Positions 41,809 through 50,874 of a stretch of 64,000 nt of DNA are shown here, piece by piece. The DNA comes from an uncultured delta proteobacterium (lineage in GTDB: Bacteria > Desulfobacterota > Binatia > Binatales > Binataceae). The notes beneath the pieces are model-generated. The model had not been told where the DNA came from and searched no databases. It worked only from the letters and a program-made list of their open reading frames with translations. The DNA is taken from NCBI GenBank assembly GCA_963724765.1, contig CAVRVY010000004.1, positions 1,504,001-1,568,000 on the forward strand, written 5' to 3'. Position numbers and translations under genes: made by a program. Position 1 is the first letter of the stretch; each line of letters opens with the position of its first letter.

Positions 41809-42855
41809 ATGCCCGACAAAGAAACCGTCGTTCACGTTCTCTGGATCAACGCGGGTCTGAGTTGTGACGGTGATTCCGTCGCGCTGACCGCGGCCATGCA
41901 ACCCAGCATTGAGGATATCGTGCTCGGCACGTTGCCGGGCCTCCCCAAGGTCGATGTCCATTGGCCGCTGATCGCGCCCGAGACAGGCCCGGTCGGCAGC
42001 AATGATGATTTCATCGAATGGTTCTTTAAGGGCGCACGCGGAGAAATCAATCCGTTCGTGCTCGTGATCGAGGGATCGATCCCCAACGAGAAGATAAAAA
42101 AAGAGGGATACTGGTCGGGCTTCGGCAACAACCCAGCGACCGGGCAACCGATCACCACCAGCGAATGGATCGATCGCCTGGCTCCGAAGGCTTTGCTGGT
42201 GCTGGCGGTCGGCACTTGCGCCACGTACGGCGGAATCCATGCGATGTCGAATAATCCGACCGGTGCAATGGGAGTGCTCGACTATCTCGGGTGGGATTGG
42301 AAATCACACGCGGGAATTCCCATCGTATGTGTGCCCGGATGTCCGATTCAGCCTGATAACCTTTCGGAGACTATCGCATACCTGCTCTACCAGGCAGCGG
42401 GGCAGGCACCGATGATTCCTCTCGACAAGGAGCATCGTCCGAAATGGCTGTTCGAACAGACTGTCCATGAGGGATGCGATCGCGCCGGCTATTACGAGCA
42501 GGGCGATTTTGGCAAGGCGTACGGTTCGCAAAAATGTCTAGTGAAGATCGGGTGCTGGGGCCCAGTCGTTAACTGCAACGTGCCGAAACGGGGATGGATG
42601 GGTGGGATCGGCGGATGCCCCAATGTGGGAGGAATCTGTATCGGATGCACCATGCCGGGATTCCCCGATAAATTCATGCCGTTCATGGATGAGCCACCAG
42701 GCGGCAAGCTTTCCAGCGCTTTGATCAGCGGCTATGGCGCCCTGATTCGGTCGCTCCGCAGCCTTACTCAGCACACTCTCAACAAGGAGCCGAAGTGGCG
42801 CAGGCCGGGCCAGCAGTTGCGCACCGGATATAGGCCGCGCTGGTACGCGGAATAG
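41809..42855 (+). CDS. hhyS: Group 1h [NiFe]-hydrogenase small subunit
   Basis: No Tat leader; LWINAGLSCDGD (Asp at the proximal cluster), GTCATYGG, PGCP, HEGCDR, GCWGP..NC and GICIGCTMPGFP motifs. Confidence 0.93.
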   Translation: MPDKETVVHVLWINAGLSCDGDSVALTAAMQPSIEDIVLGTLPGLPKVDVHWPLIAPETGPVGSNDDFIEWFFKGARGEINPFVLVIEGSIPNEKIKKEGYWSGFGNNPATGQPITTSEWIDRLAPKALLVLAVGTCATYGGIHAMSNNPTGAMGVLDYLGWDWKSHAGIPIVCVPGCPIQPDNLSETIAYLLYQAAGQAPMIPLDKEHRPKWLFEQTVHEGCDRAGYYEQGDFGKAYGSQKCLVKIGCWGPVVNCNVPKRGWMGGIGGCPNVGGICIGCTMPGFPDKFMPFMDEPPGGKLSSALISGYGALIRSLRSLTQHTLNKEPKWRRPGQQLRTGYRPRWYAE

Positions 42856-42949
42856 TGATCTTTAGGTCTTAACAACCAGTCACGACCCGCGACCAGTATG
42901 CCACATGGTCCGGGGGGCGCAGGCCCCAATTTCGTTGGAGGTTTCGAGG

Positions 42950-44719
42950 ATGAGTGCTGCCTCAACTCAAGGCAATCTGGTCGAGATGAACTGGGATCCG
43001 ATCACCCGCATCGTGGGCAGTCTCGGAATCTATACTAAGATCGATTTCTCCAACCGGAGAGTTGCCGAATGCTATAGCACCTCGTCGGTGTTTCGTGGCT
43101 ATAGCATCTTCATGCAGGGCAAGGATCCACGCGATGCCCACTTCATCACCAGCCGCATATGCGGAATCTGCGGCGACAATCACGCCACTTGTTCCTGTTA
43201 CTGCCAGAACATGGCGTATGGCGTGCAACCGCCGCATCTCGGCGAATGGATTGTCAACCTCGGGGAAGCCGCCGAGTATATGTTCGATCACTGCATCTTC
43301 CAGGAAAACCTGGTCGCGGTAGATTTTTGCGAGAAAATGGTCCGCGCGACGAATCCGGGGGTCTGGGAAAAAGCCGCCAAGACCGAGGCTCCGCATGCCG
43401 CGGACCACGGCTACCGAACCATCGGCGACATCATGAAAGCGGTCAATCCGCTCGAGGGAGACTTCTATCGCGAAGCGCTCCAGACGAGCCGTTACACGCG
43501 TGAAATGTTCTGCCTGATGGAAGGCCGCCACGTTCATCCCTCGACCCTGTATCCGGGAGGTGTCGGCACGGTGCCATCGGTGCAGCTGCTTACCGATTAC
43601 CTGTCGCGTTTGATGCGCTACGTCGAATTCGTGAAGCGTGCGGTTCCGATGCACGATGACCTCTTCGATTTCTTTTACGAGGCGATGCCCGGCTACGAGC
43701 AAGTTGGAAACCGGCGGATACTGCTCGGATGCTGGGGCGCATTTCAGGATCCCAACGTATGCAACTTTAACTATCGCGACATGACCGAATGGGGCCGGCA
43801 CATGTTCGTAACGCCGGGCGTGGTGGTCGACGGCAAACTGGTCACCAACGACCTGGTCAAGATCAACCTGGGAATCAGAATCCTGCTCGGCAGCTCTTAC
43901 TACGAGGACTGGGAAGGCAAGGAGATGTTCGTGCGCGAGGATCCGCTGGGCAACAGGGTCGACCCGCGCCATCCGTGGAATCAGCACACCATACCGAGGC
44001 CGCAGAAGCGCCAGCTAGGCGACAAATACACGTGGGTCATGTCGCCGCGATGGAACGACGGAAAGGACGATCTTCCCCTCGACACCGGCGGCGGCCCGCT
44101 CGCGCGCCTATGGGCGACGGCTTTGGCGAAGCTGGTCGATATTGGATACGTGAAATCCACCGGCAACAGCGTGGTATTCAATTTCCCCAAGTCCGCGACC
44201 AAAGGGCCGGTTACGCTGGAATGGAAAATTCCGAAGTGGAGCAACACCATCGAGCGCGATCGCGCGCGCACTTATTTCCAGGCCTACGCCGCTGCGGCTG
44301 CGCTGTACTTCGTCGAGCAGGGACTGAAGGAAGTCCGCCAAGGACGCACCAAGACCTGGAATGAGTTCAAGGTTCCACGGGACGGAATCGGATGCGGGTT
44401 CACCGAGGCGGTGCGTGGTGTGCTCTCTCATCACATGGTTATCCGGGACGGGAAGATCGCGAACTACCATCCGTATCCCCCGACTCCGTGGAACGCGAGT
44501 CCGCGCGATTCGCATGGCGTTCCCGGCCCTTACGAAGACGCAGTGCAGAACACGCCGATTTTCGAGGACAACGGACCCGGTCCGGCTTTCCGGGGAATCG
44601 ATATTATGCGCACCGTGCGTAGCTTCGATCCATGTCTGCCGTGCGGCGTCCATATGCATCTGGGTCACGGCCGGGTGCTTAAGCAAATCCATTCGCCGTC
44701 GATGATTCACACCGTGTGA
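42950..44719 (+). CDS. hhyL: Group 1h [NiFe]-hydrogenase large subunit
   Basis: WDPITRIVGSLG, L1 motif TSRICGICGDNH, L2 motif SFDPCLPCGVH plus C-terminal extension; ATG at 42950. Confidence 0.95.
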   Translation: MSAASTQGNLVEMNWDPITRIVGSLGIYTKIDFSNRRVAECYSTSSVFRGYSIFMQGKDPRDAHFITSRICGICGDNHATCSCYCQNMAYGVQPPHLGEWIVNLGEAAEYMFDHCIFQENLVAVDFCEKMVRATNPGVWEKAAKTEAPHAADHGYRTIGDIMKAVNPLEGDFYREALQTSRYTREMFCLMEGRHVHPSTLYPGGVGTVPSVQLLTDYLSRLMRYVEFVKRAVPMHDDLFDFFYEAMPGYEQVGNRRILLGCWGAFQDPNVCNFNYRDMTEWGRHMFVTPGVVVDGKLVTNDLVKINLGIRILLGSSYYEDWEGKEMFVREDPLGNRVDPRHPWNQHTIPRPQKRQLGDKYTWVMSPRWNDGKDDLPLDTGGGPLARLWATALAKLVDIGYVKSTGNSVVFNFPKSATKGPVTLEWKIPKWSNTIERDRARTYFQAYAAAAALYFVEQGLKEVRQGRTKTWNEFKVPRDGIGCGFTEAVRGVLSHHMVIRDGKIANYHPYPPTPWNASPRDSHGVPGPYEDAVQNTPIFEDNGPGPAFRGIDIMRTVRSFDPCLPCGVHMHLGHGRVLKQIHSPSMIHTV

Positions 44720-44732
44720 ACGAGCGCTAGCC

Positions 44733-45629
44733 ATGAACTCTGATGATAATTTCCGGCGCGCTGGAGAACGGATCGAGAAATTACTCGACGAGCTTCGCGC
44801 GATGGCCGAGCCATCGACCTGGCCGCGCGTCGAGGAGCTGATGCGTCTGGTGGTAGAGTTGTACGGAGCCGGCCTGACCCGGTTCGTCGACCTGCTCGAC
44901 ACGGATCTGACAATCGACAAATTGCGCGAGCGCGTGCTGGAGGACGAACTCCTCGCGAGCCTCATGCTGCTTCACGGACTTCATCCGGAGGACACTGCCG
45001 CTCGTGTTGCGCGCGCTCTCGATCGCGTGCGGCCTTATCTGGGATCGCACGGCGGTGACGTGGCGGTGGTGGGCGTGGATGAGACGGCCGGCGTGGTGAA
45101 GCTCCGCCTGGACGGAACTTGCGACGGGTGCCCGTCGTCAGCCTTGACGGTGAAGCTCACCGTTGAAAGTGCGATCAAGGAACTCGCTCCGGAAATCGCC
45201 AGAATTGAGGTCGAAGGTATTACCGAGCACAAGAATCCGTTGAATTCGATGATCGCGAAATCGCACGTCAACGGCACTAACGGCAATGGGAGTGCCGCCG
45301 CCAAACTCCCCGAATGGATCGCGCTCGAGCAGCAACCGCCTCGCCAATCCGGCGAATTGCTCGCGACCGAAGTTACCGGCGAGCGCATTATGCTCTGTCG
45401 CGTAGGCAAGCAGCTCTACGCATACCGCGGACGATGCCCCTCGTGTGGATCGGCACTGGAAAACGGAGGCCTGGAAGGCGACTTGCTTACCTGCCGGTCA
45501 TGCGCCGAGCGCTACAATGTCCGATTCGCCGGGCGCTCAATCGGCGACACACAATTACATCTGGAGCCGATTCCCTTGCTCGAGAGTGGCTCCGGCGTTC
45601 GAATCGCCATTGCGGGAGGCGCGGCATGA
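44733..45629 (+). CDS. NifU-like + Rieske-like Fe-S accessory protein
   Basis: LLHGLHP, RPYLGSHGGDV, GTCDGCPSS (NifU) and CPSCG...CRSC motifs. Confidence 0.88.
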   Translation: MNSDDNFRRAGERIEKLLDELRAMAEPSTWPRVEELMRLVVELYGAGLTRFVDLLDTDLTIDKLRERVLEDELLASLMLLHGLHPEDTAARVARALDRVRPYLGSHGGDVAVVGVDETAGVVKLRLDGTCDGCPSSALTVKLTVESAIKELAPEIARIEVEGITEHKNPLNSMIAKSHVNGTNGNGSAAAKLPEWIALEQQPPRQSGELLATEVTGERIMLCRVGKQLYAYRGRCPSCGSALENGGLEGDLLTCRSCAERYNVRFAGRSIGDTQLHLEPIPLLESGSGVRIAIAGGAA

Positions 45630-46327
45630 GCGTCGCCCCTCGAATCTCCGCTGCCGCGCCCCATCTGCGCGCCCTGCGCGCTTTCGTCTCTCGCGAGCAG
45701 ACCAAGCTGGCAGGCGAAGTATGCGAGATGTGCCGCATTGCGCTCAGCGAGGAGCATTCCCATTTGGTGAACATGGAGAGCCGGAACCTGATCTGCAGCT
45801 GCCGCGCCTGTTACCTGCTCTTCACGGCGGAGGTCGCAGGACAACGCCGCTATCGGGCGATCCCGGATCGCTATCTGCACGATTCCGGTTTCGCGCTCAC
45901 CCAATCGGCTTGGGACGCCTTCCAGATTCCGGTGCGAATCGCGTTCTTCTTTCACAACTCACTGATCGGGCGAATCGTGGCGCTCTATCCCGGTCCAGCC
46001 GGCGCGACTGAATCGATGTTGGACCTGCGGGCATGGAACGATCTGCGCGCGGCCAACCCGATGCTCGAAACGATGCAGCCCGATGTCGAGGCGCTGCTGG
46101 TTTATGGCCATCGCAACGGCGAATTCGACTGTTTCATTGTTCCCATCGATGCTTGCTACGAACTAACCGGGACTATGCGACGTCGCTGGAAGGGCTTCGA
46201 TGGCGGCGAGCAAGCCTGGAATGACGTGGATGCCTTCTTCGATAAGATCCGGAAACGGAGCCAGCCCGCAGCATTCCGCAGACAACTCTTACGCAATGGC
46301 GATCTGCGCCCGGGGATCGGCAGATGA
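45626..46327 (+). CDS. DUF5947 group 1h accessory protein
   Basis: CEMC..H.HLV...CSCRACYLLF, YPGPAGATES and PIDACYEL motifs; ATG at 45626. Confidence 0.82.
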   Translation: MSVAPRISAAAPHLRALRAFVSREQTKLAGEVCEMCRIALSEEHSHLVNMESRNLICSCRACYLLFTAEVAGQRRYRAIPDRYLHDSGFALTQSAWDAFQIPVRIAFFFHNSLIGRIVALYPGPAGATESMLDLRAWNDLRAANPMLETMQPDVEALLVYGHRNGEFDCFIVPIDACYELTGTMRRRWKGFDGGEQAWNDVDAFFDKIRKRSQPAAFRRQLLRNGDLRPGIGR

Positions 46328-47001
46328 CTGGTCCTGTGCAACCGGGCAATTCGCCGCTATCGCAACAGTTCCGTTTCGAGGTCGAAGCGGCGCGTCCTGA
46401 ACGCTATGCGGCTGTCCCCACGTTGACCTTCGTGATTCGTGTCGACCAGGAGAGCGGCCCTCCGATCCATACGATAGCGCTGCGATGCCAGATTCGAATC
46501 GAGCCAAATCGCCGCGGATATTCCGACGCGGAAGAGCGCCGGCTCGAGGAATTGTTTGGTAACACCCCGCGCTGGGGCGATACCGTAAAGCCCTTTTTGT
46601 GGACCAACGTCTCTCATCTGACGCCTGCGTTTGATCGCTCTCAAATGGTCGAATTGCCGGTGCCATGCACCTACGATCTCGAAATCGCCGCCGCCAAGTA
46701 TTTTCATTCACTCGACGACGGCGAGATTCCGCTGTTGCTCCTGTTCAGCGGAACCGTTTTCGCCCGTAACGGCAGCGGCTTCCAGGTCAGTCAGGTGCCG
46801 TGGCATGCGGAGGCGTCGTATCGAATGCCCGTCAGCGTATGGCGCGAGATGATGGATCTCTACTATCCGAACGCCGGATGGTTGCGGCTTCGGCGCGACA
46901 CGCTCGACAAGCTGATGCGGCTCAAGACCACGCTCGCCCTTGCCAGTTGGGATCAGGTTTTCGACGTTCTTCTTGCCGATGGTGAGGGAGCGGCGCGATG
47001 A
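46324..47001 (+). CDS. DUF6084 group 1h accessory protein
   Basis: LRCQIRIEP, LFG...RWG, PCTYD and LLFSGTVF motifs. Confidence 0.82.
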   Translation: MTGPVQPGNSPLSQQFRFEVEAARPERYAAVPTLTFVIRVDQESGPPIHTIALRCQIRIEPNRRGYSDAEERRLEELFGNTPRWGDTVKPFLWTNVSHLTPAFDRSQMVELPVPCTYDLEIAAAKYFHSLDDGEIPLLLLFSGTVFARNGSGFQVSQVPWHAEASYRMPVSVWREMMDLYYPNAGWLRLRRDTLDKLMRLKTTLALASWDQVFDVLLADGEGAAR

Positions 47002-48329
47002 GCTTCGAGAGCGCTAAGAAGATCGCCGACGCTGTGCTCTATGAAGGATACGTCCTGTATCCATATCGAGCCTCCGCCCGCAAGAATCGTTTGCGTTTCC
47101 AGTTCGGCCTGCTGGCGCCGCGTCAGTGGAGCGAGTCAGGCGGATGCGAGCAGTGGTGGATGAGCACCGAATGCATCGCCGAGGCCCATCCGGACGCGCG
47201 GGTCTCCGGAAACGTTCGTTTTCTCCAGATGCAACATCGAACGGTTGAAGAAGCCGACGGTGATTCATTCCGAGCAGTGGAATCGGTCGATATCGATGGA
47301 AAGCTGTTTGCCTCGTGGGATGAGGGAATCGAGCGAGAGGTGGGTTTCGAATTTCCGATCAGCACAGACGCCCCGGAACGTGAAATTCATTTCGAATTCC
47401 CTGTCGCGCTTGCCATCGAACCGATAGGAAATTTGCGCGGGGTCATTGTCGCACGAATCGTTAGAGAGATGGTCGCTCTGAACGGCGTGATTCGGCTTGC
47501 GACGGTTGCCGTCGGCGATCGACTCGTCAAGCTGACCATCAGAATCGAGAACGAGACTCCGTGGCCCGAAATCGAATCGGGACGCGACGAAGCGTTGCGC
47601 GGCTCATTTATCGGGGCGCATACGCTGCTGGCGGTAACGGATGGGAATTTCGTATCGCTCACCGATCCGCCTGAGTATGCGCGTGCGGCCTCCGCGCAAT
47701 GCTCCAACGTCCGCACCTGGCCGGTGCTGGTTGGCGAAAGCGGCACCCGTGACATGCTCCTGTCGTCACCGATCATTCTTCAGGACTATCCGGCGATTGC
47801 CCCGGAGAGCCCCGGCGACCTGTTCGATGGGACCGAGATCGATGAAATTCTCACGCTTCGCACCATGACGCTCACGGATGAAGAAAAGCGCGAAGCGCGC
47901 GCCACTGACGAAAGAGCTGCGGCGATTATCGAACGCGCCGATGCGATGCCGCCCGAGATGCTCGACAAGTTGCATGGAGCCCTGCGCTCAGTGGGCTCGC
48001 CGCCGCCTTCTACCGATGCGCCTTGGTGGGATCCGGGCGCCGACTCCTCGGTGTCGCCCGAAACCGACAGCGTCGAGGTTAATGGCGTGTCAGTGCGCAA
48101 GGGGTGTCGCGTGCGCTTATGTCCGGGAGCGCGCCGCGCCGATGCGCAAGACATGTTTCTGGAGGGCCGCGTCGGCATGGTGGAAGGCGTTTTCCTGGAT
48201 GTCGAGAATCGCAACTACGTCGCCGTAACGCTCGAGGACGATCCGGGCGCTGATCTCTATCAAGCGCAGGGGCGTTATCTGTATTTCTCGCCCGATGAGG
48301 TCGAACCGCTCACGGAGAGCACCACATGA
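46998..48329 (+). CDS. Conserved group 1h accessory protein
   Basis: ADAVLYEGY.LYPY, LSSPIIL.DYP, EIDEILTLR, ADAQDMFL and GRYLYFSPDEVE motifs. Confidence 0.8.
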   Translation: MSFESAKKIADAVLYEGYVLYPYRASARKNRLRFQFGLLAPRQWSESGGCEQWWMSTECIAEAHPDARVSGNVRFLQMQHRTVEEADGDSFRAVESVDIDGKLFASWDEGIEREVGFEFPISTDAPEREIHFEFPVALAIEPIGNLRGVIVARIVREMVALNGVIRLATVAVGDRLVKLTIRIENETPWPEIESGRDEALRGSFIGAHTLLAVTDGNFVSLTDPPEYARAASAQCSNVRTWPVLVGESGTRDMLLSSPIILQDYPAIAPESPGDLFDGTEIDEILTLRTMTLTDEEKREARATDERAAAIIERADAMPPEMLDKLHGALRSVGSPPPSTDAPWWDPGADSSVSPETDSVEVNGVSVRKGCRVRLCPGARRADAQDMFLEGRVGMVEGVFLDVENRNYVAVTLEDDPGADLYQAQGRYLYFSPDEVEPLTESTT

Positions 48330-48814
48330 ATCGAGTGCTGATCGCCGGCGTGGGTAATATTTTTCTTGGCGACGACGGATTCGGTGTCGAGGTGGCGCGC
48401 CGTCTCGCCTGCGAAATGTGGTCCACAGATGTCAGCGTCACGGATTTCGGCATTCGCGGAGTTCATCTCGCTTACGAGCTTATCGCCGGCTATGACCTGG
48501 TGATCATTGTCGATACGGTTTCTCGCGGTGCCGCGCCCGGAACTATTTACGTCATCGAACCGGATCTTGAAGGCGTCAGATGCGGCGCCGTTTCCGACTC
48601 GCACGACATGGCTCTCGATAACGTATTCGCTATGGTTCGCACGCTGGGAAACAGCATGCCGCCGCGTGTTCTGATAGTCGGATGCGAGCCCGCCGACCTC
48701 GGCGAGAAAATAGGATTGTCCGAACCTGTGAGCCGCGCGATTCCTAACGCGATCCGCGCAGTGCGCGAAATTGTTGAAGGACGGATGGCTAGCGTTTCCG
48801 TTTCTTCAGGCTAA
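48326..48814 (+). CDS. Hydrogenase maturation protease (HybD-like)
   Basis: AGVGNIFLGDDGFG, IIVD, DSH and VGCEP motifs. Confidence 0.9.
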   Translation: MNRVLIAGVGNIFLGDDGFGVEVARRLACEMWSTDVSVTDFGIRGVHLAYELIAGYDLVIIVDTVSRGAAPGTIYVIEPDLEGVRCGAVSDSHDMALDNVFAMVRTLGNSMPPRVLIVGCEPADLGEKIGLSEPVSRAIPNAIRAVREIVEGRMASVSVSSG

Positions 48815-48837
48815 ATGGGAACTCACAAGGAGGCGTG

Positions 48838-48945
48838 ATGTCCTGTGTCATAGGCATACTAATCGCCGTGGCGGTCGTTGTTGGAGTGCTCGTCGTGATC
48901 TCTATTCCGGATATCGCGCGCTACGTGCGCATCAGCCGGATGTAG
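48838..48945 (+). CDS. 35-aa single-helix membrane protein (DUF6893-like), absent from the ORF track
   Basis: AAGGAGG RBS, then MSCVIGILIAVAVVVGVLVVISIPDIARYVRISRM and a TAG stop. Confidence 0.8.
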   Translation: MSCVIGILIAVAVVVGVLVVISIPDIARYVRISRM

Positions 48946-49036
48946 GGCGTCGAGCGCTTCGGCATGCTTCTGTGAAAGTCCGAGCACGCTTGATGCTCAA
49001 GCGCGCGGGTTGGGTGGGGCAAGGAGACGATTCGCG

Positions 49037-49315
49037 ATGTGCCTTGGAATACCGGGGAAAATAATCGAAATCGTCGACGCCGACCGGGCGATCGCCAAGG
49101 CCGAAGTCGGCCGCGTAAGGCGCAACGTTTCGATTCAACTGCTCGAGGACCAATCCTCCCCGGTACAGGTCGGCGACTGGGTGCTGATTCACGTTGGGTT
49201 CGCGCTCTGCAAAATCGATGAACAGGAAGCCGAGGCCACGCTCAAGCTCCTAAACGGAATGGACAGCGCGTATTCGGACGAGCTTCGCGCCCTCGAGAAA
49301 AGCGAGATTGCCTAG
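49037..49315 (+). CDS. hypC: Hydrogenase chaperone HypC
   Basis: MCLGIPG...VGDWVLIHVGFA after an AAGGAG RBS. Confidence 0.95.
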   Translation: MCLGIPGKIIEIVDADRAIAKAEVGRVRRNVSIQLLEDQSSPVQVGDWVLIHVGFALCKIDEQEAEATLKLLNGMDSAYSDELRALEKSEIA

Positions 49316-49956
49316 TGGCGAGCATTCTCTATCAGAGAGCGAGCACTGACAGCCGCGACGCGGCGCGCGCACGCCTGATCCGTTCGCTCGCGTGCCGATC
49401 TGAGGCCGGTCGTTTGCTCACGCGCGATGCGGAACGGGTGGCCCGCGCGTGCCATGCGATGTCCGAACGATTTCATCGCGGTGGCAAGCTGATCGTATTC
49501 GGCGCCGGTTCATCGAGCACCGACGCACAACACGTCGCCGTGGAATTCCTTCATCCGGTGATCGTCGGCAAACGTACACTTCCCGCGATCGCACTCACTA
49601 ACGACGTCGCCACGATCACCGGTGTCGCGAGCGCGCGCGGCTTCGACGATGCGTTCGTGCATCAGCTCCACCATCTTGCTGCGCCCGAGGATATCGCCCT
49701 TGGCATCGATTCGGGCGGACTGTCGGCAAGCGTCCTGCGCGCCCTGCAGGCGGCGCAGGAGCGGAATCTTCTGACGATCGCGATGACCGCCAGCGAGCAT
49801 CCCGGCGGCGGGTCGGCGATCGATTTCGAATTCATCGCACATTCTGACAACCGGATGATCGCGAAGGAAATTCAGGTGACGACCTACCACATCTTGTGGG
49901 AGCTAGTTCATGTGTTCTTCGAGCATCCGGGTGTTTTCGGCCCCAGCTTCGCCTAA
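49315..49956 (+). CDS. GmhA-like SIS-domain protein 1
   Basis: FGAGSSSTDAQH..VEF.HP, PAIAL and KEIQVTTYHILWE motifs. Confidence 0.85.
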   Translation: MASILYQRASTDSRDAARARLIRSLACRSEAGRLLTRDAERVARACHAMSERFHRGGKLIVFGAGSSSTDAQHVAVEFLHPVIVGKRTLPAIALTNDVATITGVASARGFDDAFVHQLHHLAAPEDIALGIDSGGLSASVLRALQAAQERNLLTIAMTASEHPGGGSAIDFEFIAHSDNRMIAKEIQVTTYHILWELVHVFFEHPGVFGPSFA

Positions 49957-49972
49957 TGAGGTTCTTAAACTG

Positions 49973-50194
49973 ATGCGTGCGGTTCCGAAAACGCCAGAAT
50001 GTCACGACCAGGTATGCATTACCTGCTCGGACGTCGCGATCGAAGCTCGTGTGATCGAGATGCTCGATGACGATCTCGCGCGGGTGGAGATTGGCGACGA
50101 AATCGAGGTCGTGAGTGTCGCGCTGGTCGACGCAGGTCCGGGCGATTCGATTCTGGTGCACGCGCGCGAAGCGATAGCAAAACTGATCAAATGA
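49973..50194 (+). CDS. Atypical HypC-family protein
   Basis: CITCSD...V..ALVD.GPGD.ILVHA..A; lacks the N-terminal MC. Confidence 0.75.
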   Translation: MRAVPKTPECHDQVCITCSDVAIEARVIEMLDDDLARVEIGDEIEVVSVALVDAGPGDSILVHAREAIAKLIK

Positions 50195-50874
50195 GCGGCA
50201 ATGGCGAAAAAGACGGCGCGGGAGGGCTCGAGCAGCTGTATCCGTTCCTTTACGCGAAAGCGGATGACGTTGAAAAGGTTCTCGCCGAGGTGGGCACTTC
50301 GACCGCGCACAAGGCCCGCGAAATAGTATCTCTTCGCGAATCCACTATTGCGGCGCTCTCCGATCGGATGCTCGATTGCGGAGAAGCGATGGCCTATGCG
50401 TTCGCCGCCGGCGCCCGGCTGTTCTCCTTCGGCAATGGCGGCAGCGCGACCGACGCGCACGCGGTTACGCATTTGTTTCTTAATCCAGCGCGCGAGCTGC
50501 CGCTACCGGCGATTTCGCTCGCGGCGGATATCGCCGTAATCACGGCGCTCGGTAACGACATCGGATTCGAAATGGTATTCGCGCGCCAACTCTCTGCGTT
50601 GGGGCGCCGCGGCGATATCGCGCTCGGCCTTTCAACGAGTGGCAATTCCCGCAACCTCCTCAATGCCTTCGAGGCAGCGAATCGCCGCGGAATGATGACT
50701 ATCGGAAGCGCCGGTTACGATGGCGGAAAGATGGCCGAAGCTGGCACTGTGGATTTCCTGTTCATAGTGCCCTCGCCCTCCGTACATCGTATCCAGGAAG
50801 TCCAAACCACCATCTACCACATGCTCTGGGAAGTGACGCAGGCGTTTCTCGACCCGGCGAGTGAAGCACGATGA
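50191..50874 (+). CDS. GmhA-like SIS-domain protein 2
   Basis: FGNGGSATDA, GNDIG, LSTSGNS and HRIQEVQ motifs. Confidence 0.88.
   Translation: MSGNGEKDGAGGLEQLYPFLYAKADDVEKVLAEVGTSTAHKAREIVSLRESTIAALSDRMLDCGEAMAYAFAAGARLFSFGNGGSATDAHAVTHLFLNPARELPLPAISLAADIAVITALGNDIGFEMVFARQLSALGRRGDIALGLSTSGNSRNLLNAFEAANRRGMMTIGSAGYDGGKMAEAGTVDFLFIVPSPSVHRIQEVQTTIYHMLWEVTQAFLDPASEAR

Noticed and set aside
42962-44965. Long antisense ORFs over hhyL (and similar ones such as 24405-25175, 26098-26904, 52238-53029)
   Set aside because: Shadow frames of high-GC coding sequence with no recognisable motifs.
49315-50874. GmhA genes as an LPS heptose biosynthesis locus
   Set aside because: No hldE/gmhB/hldD nearby; both genes are embedded in the hyp operon and one has degenerate motifs.
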